Notes under the pieces: model-generated | The model's input: only the letters and a program-made list of their open reading frames with translations | What the model was told of the DNA's origin: nothing | Databases searched by the model: none | Source of the DNA: an uncultured Methanosarcinaceae archaeon | GTDB lineage: Archaea; Halobacteriota; Methanosarcinia; Methanosarcinales; Methanosarcinaceae | Reading direction: 5' to 3' | Length of the DNA stretch: 64,000 nucleotides | Assembly (NCBI GenBank): GCA_963727895.1 | Contig: CAVSHT010000004.1 | Span: 352,001-416,000 of the forward strand | Shown here: piece after piece, positions 57,497-64,000 of the stretch | Numbering within the stretch: the first letter of the stretch is position 1 | How the letters are laid out: the number at the start of each line of letters is the position of its first letter | Made by a program: the position numbers and the translations under genes

Positions 57497-58476
57497 TTAT
57501 AAACCAATCTGACATCGATATAATATGTCTTCAGCATGAATTTGGACTTTTTGGGGGAAATGCGGGAGACTACATTTTTGCTCTTCTTTCAAGAATCAAC
57601 AAGCCTATAATAAGCACGATGCATACAGTAATCTGGGAGCCTGAACCTGAATATCGAGTGTCCACAGAAAAACTCATCATGTATTCCGAAAAGCTAATTG
57701 TAATGAGCCAGACTGCGGTAGATATACTAAAAAACATTTATAAAGTTCCTGAGGACAAAATCGAATTAATCTTTCATGGAGTCCCTGACTATCCGTTTAA
57801 CAACTGCACTAAGTATAAGGAAATGCTAAATCTAAAAGGGACTCCGCTTGTTCTTACTTTCGGCTTGCTTAGCCAGAATAAAGGTATTGAAAATATACTT
57901 GAGGCTCTTCCTGAGGTTGTGAACCAGTATTCTGACATCGTTTATCTTATACTTGGTGTTACGCATCCTATAATTAAAAAGAATTTTGGAGAAATGTATA
58001 GGCAGTCTCTCAAGAATAAAGTATCAGAATTCAATCTTGAGAAGAATGTGATATTCCATGACAAATTTGTCGAAAAAGAAGAACTTTGTAACTATATTCT
58101 TGCCAGTGACATTTACGTATCTCCTTACCTCTCTCAAGAGCAGACAGTAAGCGGTGCTCTAACCTATGCAATTGGCATGGGAAAAGCAATCGTTTCCACT
58201 CCTTATTGGTACGCTCGAGAAATGCTTTCCGACAATCGGGGGTTACTTGTTGATTTTGGAGACACGGATGGCTTTAAAAAATCTCTCTTGCACTTAATCG
58301 AAAATCCAGAAGAGTATGATAATATGCGTAAAAAAGCATACGACTTTGGTAGAAAAATGACATGGAAGAACATAGGTAGAGAATATAATGTTATTTTTAA
58401 TAAGGCTTTAAAGAATTACAATACCTATTACAAAATTCGAAATAGATTTAATTTTCCTTCCGAACCAGCTGTGTGA
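57497..58476 (+). pseudogene. GT4 glycosyltransferase, 5'-truncated by IS6
   Basis: QHEFGLFGG, TFGLLS.NKGIE, Q..SGALTYA; track start codon lies inside the IS IR. Confidence 0.85.
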
Positions 58477-58497
58477 AGTAAAACTTGATTATCTTTC

Positions 58498-58637
58498 ATT
58501 TGTATTCGGTTAAGGAATCTGTTAACGTTACAATGACTACTGTAATAATTTATGCATCTCGATTTATATTTATCGGTTTACAGAAATAGCAACAAAAATA
58601 ACACATTTCTTAAATCGTATCTTAACCGAATACAAAT
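58498..58637. mobile_element. 140-bp MITE-like element
   Basis: perfect 17-bp IR ATTTGTATTCGGTTAAG / CTTAACCGAATACAAAT. Confidence 0.7.
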
Positions 58638-58900
58638 AAATCCTTATTATGATTTTTTTGCAACAGAACCCTTAAAATATTCATTTTTTTGAGGTAAAAC
58701 ATTTTTACAGGAAGAGGCAACATTTTGAACAAACTGTTGTCTTCTCTTTTGTCTTCTCTTTATAGATAGGTCTTACCTCAAAACCCCTGCATCATAAATT
58801 AGAATTTACATAACATCTGATACACTGTATTCGACACACTGTCCATTCCAATCTCCAGTAAAGTATCTGCTTACATAGACATCTTTGATCATGCACAAAC

Positions 58901-59308
58901 TTAGGCAGGAGATTCCTTATTCATGATATAAGTAACCATTCCAGGGGTAAGCTTGCTTTCCCTTGAAACCTTTGCTTCAATGTCCTCAGTGGATTTACCT
59001 TCGATTTTCATTTCCTTTATTTTCTCAATAACTGAGGATGGAACTGTGTAATATTCGTTTATGTCCCTCCTGTGGCCCCAGACATCGCCTTCGATAAGCT
59101 GGATTCTCTGCATCTGAAGGAACATTTGAATAGAGTTTGAAACCGTAACCATGTAAGATTTAGGTAACTGAATTACCTCAATTTTTGGGCAGGTCTCAAC
59201 CAGTGCAAAGATATCCTTGTTTGACGGCCTAAAGGCCAGGTGAACAATACGCTCATTAGAATTTAATGTAAAAATTTCTTCTCTTGAACTAACTACTCGA
59301 ATTCTCAT
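58901..59308 (-). CDS. DUF1699-family protein
   Basis: MRIRVVSSREEI..VHLAFRPSNKD..EGDVWGHR. Confidence 0.9.
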   Translation of the reverse strand: MRIRVVSSREEIFTLNSNERIVHLAFRPSNKDIFALVETCPKIEVIQLPKSYMVTVSNSIQMFLQMQRIQLIEGDVWGHRRDINEYYTVPSSVIEKIKEMKIEGKSTEDIEAKVSRESKLTPGMVTYIMNKESPA

Positions 59309-59846
59309 ATTTTCCCCCGCTATAAACTTTTTTAGCTATGGTTTGATTATAATATATATAGGCTGATTATAAAAAATTATCTCATTGAACTAACATTATT
59401 TACACACGGCTATGGAAATAAAACTGAACTTTGAAATAAACACTGATCAGTGAATTCTCCATAAAAATTACTTTCGAAAAAGATATACCTTTAGCGTACT
59501 CTTTGATAGTTTTTGAAGCAGTGACGCGTAAATCTATAACAGTAAAAAACAATATCAATCGGGTCTTTTTCAGACGTGCTGTTTTTCTTTAATAATAAAA
59601 AGTTGTTAAATAGGACCATTTATCGAAGGAAACAAGCATATTCCGATAAACTTTAGAACAATCGAGAAAACAAACACATAGGCAATTGTAGATAAATCAG
59701 CCTGAAATTGGTAATTTTTATTATAATAATCAGACGATAAAACAAAAATAACGTTTTCTGTATTACAGTTATTAGTAAAGTTATGTTAGTTCTGCATACT
59801 AGAGGTATTTTGTAATTTTTCAGATATCTTTTATCATCTTCTCTTT

Positions 59847-60467
59847 TCATTTATTTGAAGTAGCGTCATCTAAAACTTGATAAATTAAAGTGTTCATAAC
59901 TTGTTTTACAGCTTCTTCGTCATCGATGTCTTTTATTTCCAAAAGAAGCATGTCACCCATAACTCTATGAATATAGGTATCTGTTACTCCTTTAGCTTTC
60001 CCCCATTTTCTCAAAACTGAATCTAATTCCTTATCCATCTCTTGAAAATACGTACTCAATTGACTTAGTTCAGCAATCATTTCTTCTTACCCTCGCGTAT
60101 GGCTCATCTTCATGGCACGATTCCAGAAATAATGGTGTGCTACAAAGTTTCTCTTCTTCAGAGCATCGGCAAGCTTCTTTTCAAAATCATCTGGTAGATC
60201 AACAGACTTTTTGATTTGTGTTATCATTTGACCCAACGACTTAGTAAATTTTTTTTCAAGAATAACATCGTATTCCTCTCTGGTAAATTTATCTGCATTT
60301 GGGTTATATACGGTAGCTCCTAACATGGCTAAAGTTCTTTCTAAACACTGGATGTAATACATTGTAACTCCAAAGAAGGCGTAAATCTGTCTACAACGGT
60401 ATGATTCAGGATCAAGTGTAATATTGTCTTCATAATGAGCATCATTATCCATAGCATCTACCAACAT
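59847..60467 (-). pseudogene. HEPN-like protein with internal TAA
   Basis: track ORFs 60087-60467 and 59847-60080 are in one frame; RxxxxH motif RNFVAH. Confidence 0.6.
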
Positions 60468-60994
60468 CTTAATTTAAAACAGCTAACTCAAAATCTTTTC
60501 TATCTTATCTCTCACATTCTGAACCCTTATCAGCGTAGCTGTCACCACCCGCAAAGTAGGCCAAGTTTTTGACTTGGGTCTTATTGTGTATAAAGAAACA
60601 GATCAAGTTATTAATGGACCTATCAATGGATCTTTAGATGTAGAAAAGTTAGGGTGGTTCGAATTAACTCCAATGGGGCAGAAGGTTCTTAATAAAAATC
60701 AGAATATTTGAATTTTGAGGCTTAAAGAGAAGCCCAGGAAGAGCAAAACAGAAGGAGTTTAGTATTTTCTATGCCAATTTGAGAGAGCTTTTAAAAGGCT
60801 CTCTCTGTATTTTTAAAAAAGGAAGATTCTACTTTTTCACTTTAAGTCTAGGTAATTTAGTATAACCTATGCATTTTGTTCACATATCTGTGAATATCTA
60901 GGCATTTGACTTTGAATTTACAGAAAAATTGAAACAGGACACTTAATTAAAAATATAATAAATTATTAGTAATGTATAATCTGTAATTTAATTA

Positions 60995-61614
60995 ATGACT
61001 GACTCTACTATTTTGCCTTCAACAATAATGGGAACCATTGGTGCTTTATATGCAATCTTTGTTATAATAATGCAACCTATAGCAGTAGATAAAAACAAAT
61101 TTATAGCAGATCCAGTTAAAATTTTTAATTTCAATAAAAAAATAAATTTTTTCAAAACACTTTTTGAAGTTCTTGCATTTTTAGTAATTGTTTGTGAAGC
61201 GTACAACGGTATGATTGTTTACTTATTTTCTGACTCTATAATTGACAATTTCAAAACTCTTTTTGATCCTTTATATTCATATTTTCATACTTTAATCGGC
61301 CAATTTTATTTATTAATTTCATATTGTTTTTTTTAGTTTCGATTGCTTACATTATTGGCTTTTCTTATTATTTGGTTCAGTTTAAGATTTCTTTAGACAA
61401 TGATAATCCTAATTTTCATATTTCCCAATTTTTAGATTCGTTTAACGCTATTAATTTTTATAATGCAATTTCTTATCTAACCCTATTTTTTCTTATTTTA
61501 ACAGCTGTTTGCTTTACATTAGTTAAAATAAAACTTTCTTTTATACAGTTTATCTTTGTGTTAATTCCATGTGTGATTATTCTCTGTATTAAATTTATAT
61601 TTAGGTATCTATAG
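60995..61614 (+). pseudogene. multi-pass membrane protein, frameshifted in a poly-T run
   Basis: two overlapping hydrophobic ORFs joined at a T-run near 61330. Confidence 0.55.
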
Positions 61615-61775
61615 AAATTTAATCAAAACGACATTTTAATGATGCACAGATTTTATAGCAAAACCTATGCATTATGAAATATATATAAATAACTTTCAAT
61701 TAGTTTTTATAAATTCATAAGCAAAGATCATATAACATATGTATAAAAGTAATTAATTTGTGGTAAGGCTTAAAA

Positions 61776-63074
61776 ATGGAAGCTGAAATTAAAGTAATTG
61801 AAGTACACGAATTTATTTGTAGGTTTAAAAATCTAATTATAAATAAAAAGGCAAAATTTTCCTTATTTTTGGGTGCAGGCTGCTCTGTGTCATCAGGTAT
61901 CTTAACTGCGGGATTCCTCGTAGACAAAATATGGCTTCCAAAACTTAAAGAAATTGAAACAGGAGATCAGGAAAACCTCGGGGAATGGTTGAAAACAAGA
62001 TTTCCAAGTTATAACAAGAATAACGCAGCACAACTTTGCGGTGAAATAATAGAAACTCTTTTTCCAACTCCAAAAGAAAGACAAACAGAAATAGAAGACT
62101 TGGTTAAAGATTGTGATCCTGGATTTGGTTATGCTATTTTAGCAAAGCTAATGGAAAAATATAATGTTCAGTGTAACATAATTCTCACTACAAATTTTGA
62201 TGATATGATTGCAGATGCACTTTATCTTTACACTTATCAAAAGCCTATTGTTATTTTTCATGAAGCCCTCGCTGGCTTTTTAAAAATAGCCGATACGCGC
62301 CCTATGATAATTAAGTTACATGGTGACTCAAAACTTTCTCCACTTAATACGAAAGATGAAACTGATACATTAAGTAATAAAATAATACCAGTAATTAAAA
62401 ACATATTTTCAGAAACAGGACTAATATTCATTGGATATGGAGGAAATGACAGTAGCATTAACAAAATTCTTGATGAAGTATCTGATGACCAAGGCTCTTT
62501 CCCATGGGGTATTTACTGGATAGGAGAAAGAATACCAGAAAACGAGATGGGAGAATTTCTTAGAAAGAAAAATGCACTATGGGTAAAACACAAAAATTTT
62601 AATGAGCTGATGCTTTTCATAAAAGAAGAGCTAGAGCTTGAATTGCCTACAAAAGATAGATTTGATGTTTTATTTAATGGTCTTTTTAGTGAATGTGAGA
62701 ACTTAACTAAGATGGTTTACGAAAAGCCAAATTATGATGAGAAGGAACTGCTTGAAAAAGCCGTTAAAAAAGCATCAATGGAATTAATGATATCTGTAGA
62801 GCCAATACCCCAGCCAATGATATCCCCTATATGTTATGAAATTTCCAGCTTAATGACAGCGGCTCAAGCAGCTGCTAAAGATATACAACTTTCCGGCTTA
62901 ATGACAGCTACTCAAGCTGCTAAAGGTTTGAAAATGCCCACGAGCCCAATATTAAATATTGAAGAAACCTCCGAAACTTGTATAAACTCTACAGATCATG
63001 AAATAGATGAAAAACTAGAAACATCTAAAGAAGAAATCTCTCAAGATAAGAAAAAATATGAAATAAATGATTAA
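61776..63074 (+). CDS. SIR2-like (SIR2_2) domain protein, putative NADase
   Basis: FLGAGCSVSSG, LTTNFDD, IKLHGD, FIGYGGND, IYW. Confidence 0.88.
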   Translation: MEAEIKVIEVHEFICRFKNLIINKKAKFSLFLGAGCSVSSGILTAGFLVDKIWLPKLKEIETGDQENLGEWLKTRFPSYNKNNAAQLCGEIIETLFPTPKERQTEIEDLVKDCDPGFGYAILAKLMEKYNVQCNIILTTNFDDMIADALYLYTYQKPIVIFHEALAGFLKIADTRPMIIKLHGDSKLSPLNTKDETDTLSNKIIPVIKNIFSETGLIFIGYGGNDSSINKILDEVSDDQGSFPWGIYWIGERIPENEMGEFLRKKNALWVKHKNFNELMLFIKEELELELPTKDRFDVLFNGLFSECENLTKMVYEKPNYDEKELLEKAVKKASMELMISVEPIPQPMISPICYEISSLMTAAQAAAKDIQLSGLMTATQAAKGLKMPTSPILNIEETSETCINSTDHEIDEKLETSKEEISQDKKKYEIND

Positions 63075-63336
63075 TCCAGTGGAAACATTGTATAAAAAGT
63101 TACGAGAAAAATCAATTTTCAATAAGGCACTAAATTAAATATTATACATGATTTGACATGAAAGTTCTTTAAAGTACTTTCATATTTTGTGCCTGTTTTT
63201 TGAAGAATTTCATGTTCGTTTTAAGTGGAAAATATCCCAAAAAAATTTCAATTATGCACAGTTTTTATTGTAAAACCTGTGCATTTTTGTGTAAATATCT
63301 ATGCACTTTACTATTTTAATATGCTTCATGTGTTTG

Positions 63337-63735
63337 TTAGTGATTTATGGAAGATTCGATAATTCGCTTGCAAATATCGTCCATCAGCTTCCAGTAATCT
63401 CTGACTTGTTGGTAGATTTCTTCTATTGCTTCTTCATCATACGTATGAGTACTGAGATTTCTATCATCGGTCATTTCAAGGACTTTTACAGTTTCTTCCT
63501 CCGAAATTATACCTACCTTAAATGCTTCTCTAAAACAAGATTTAGGTGAAGCACACTCAATGCCTTCCTTAACTCGAAGATAATCTTTTATAACCTTCCA
63601 GAAAATGTCAAATGAGTACTCAAATCTTTTAATTGAAGCATCTCTTACTATTGTTGAATATGGTTCATCAACAATTTCTTCTAAGGTTTTCAAAGCTTTT
63701 ATTGCAGTTTCAGATCTAAGCTTTAATTTTTCCAA
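63337..63735 (-). CDS. HI0074-family HEPN protein (nucleotidyltransferase substrate-binding / toxin)
   Basis: RDASIKRFEY, SPKSCFREA, DRNLSTHTY. Confidence 0.9.
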   Translation of the reverse strand: MEKLKLRSETAIKALKTLEEIVDEPYSTIVRDASIKRFEYSFDIFWKVIKDYLRVKEGIECASPKSCFREAFKVGIISEEETVKVLEMTDDRNLSTHTYDEEAIEEIYQQVRDYWKLMDDICKRIIESSINH

Positions 63736-64000
63736 ACAATACCCTCTCTAAGTGCCTTTTCTCTAAAAGCTTCCGAGACTCTGGAAAGATCTACCACATC
63801 AACAGTATAGGGAAAATTAAGATTATCAATCTTTTCTTTCAATATAACCAATTTTTTCCTGTCCAATCTATTTTCTGGAAGAATTCCAATGTCTATGTCC
63901 GAAACTTTATTATAATCCCCTCTTGCTCGCGAACCAAAAAGTATTACAATAACGTTTTCTTCTTTGAAAAACTCAATAATGAGGGATTTCAAATCTCTTA
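63723..64000 (-). CDS. minimal nucleotidyltransferase (MNT antitoxin); start probably beyond the window
   Basis: LFGSRARGD...SDIDI, VDVVD; overlaps the HEPN start. Confidence 0.9.
   Translation of the reverse strand, partial: RDLKSLIIEFFKEENVIVILFGSRARGDYNKVSDIDIGILPENRLDRKKLVILKEKIDNLNFPYTVDVVDLSRVSEAFREKALREGIVWKN

Noticed and set aside
54492..57504. ATATAAAC / TTATAAAC as target duplication of a composite transposon
   Set aside because: Only 7 of 8 bases match in AT-rich DNA, and the left flank does not encode the missing GT4 N-terminus

Overview
This is archaeal DNA, most likely Methanosarcina (inferred from DUF1699, a PGF-pre-PGF surface protein, Methanosarcina-type Cdc48 and the IS types). 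The left half (about 1-35 kb) is chromosomal backbone: flavodoxin-like protein, ppsA, tRNA thiolase, surface protein, M20 hydrolases, wrbA and glycosyltransferases. It is broken up by a recent IS6 expansion (six near-identical 857-bp copies, none with target duplications) and many pseudogenes. The right half (about 36-64 kb) is a decayed mobile/defence region. It holds a tyrosine integrase and a DUF927-type replication gene, IS1/IS110 elements, MITEs, iteron-like arrays, a Cdc48 N-domain fused to a nucleoside-deoxyribosyltransferase/TIR-like domain through an in-frame amber codon, a truncated ATPase, HEPN and SIR2 proteins, and an MNT-HEPN pair. The most notable signals are the Cdc48N-effector fusion, an intergenic array of hairpins with a conserved loop (10.6-10.9 kb), and a structured IS110 non-coding end that looks like a bridge RNA. 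No rRNA, tRNA or CRISPR array was seen. All family calls are from motif recognition by eye; no database searches were run.
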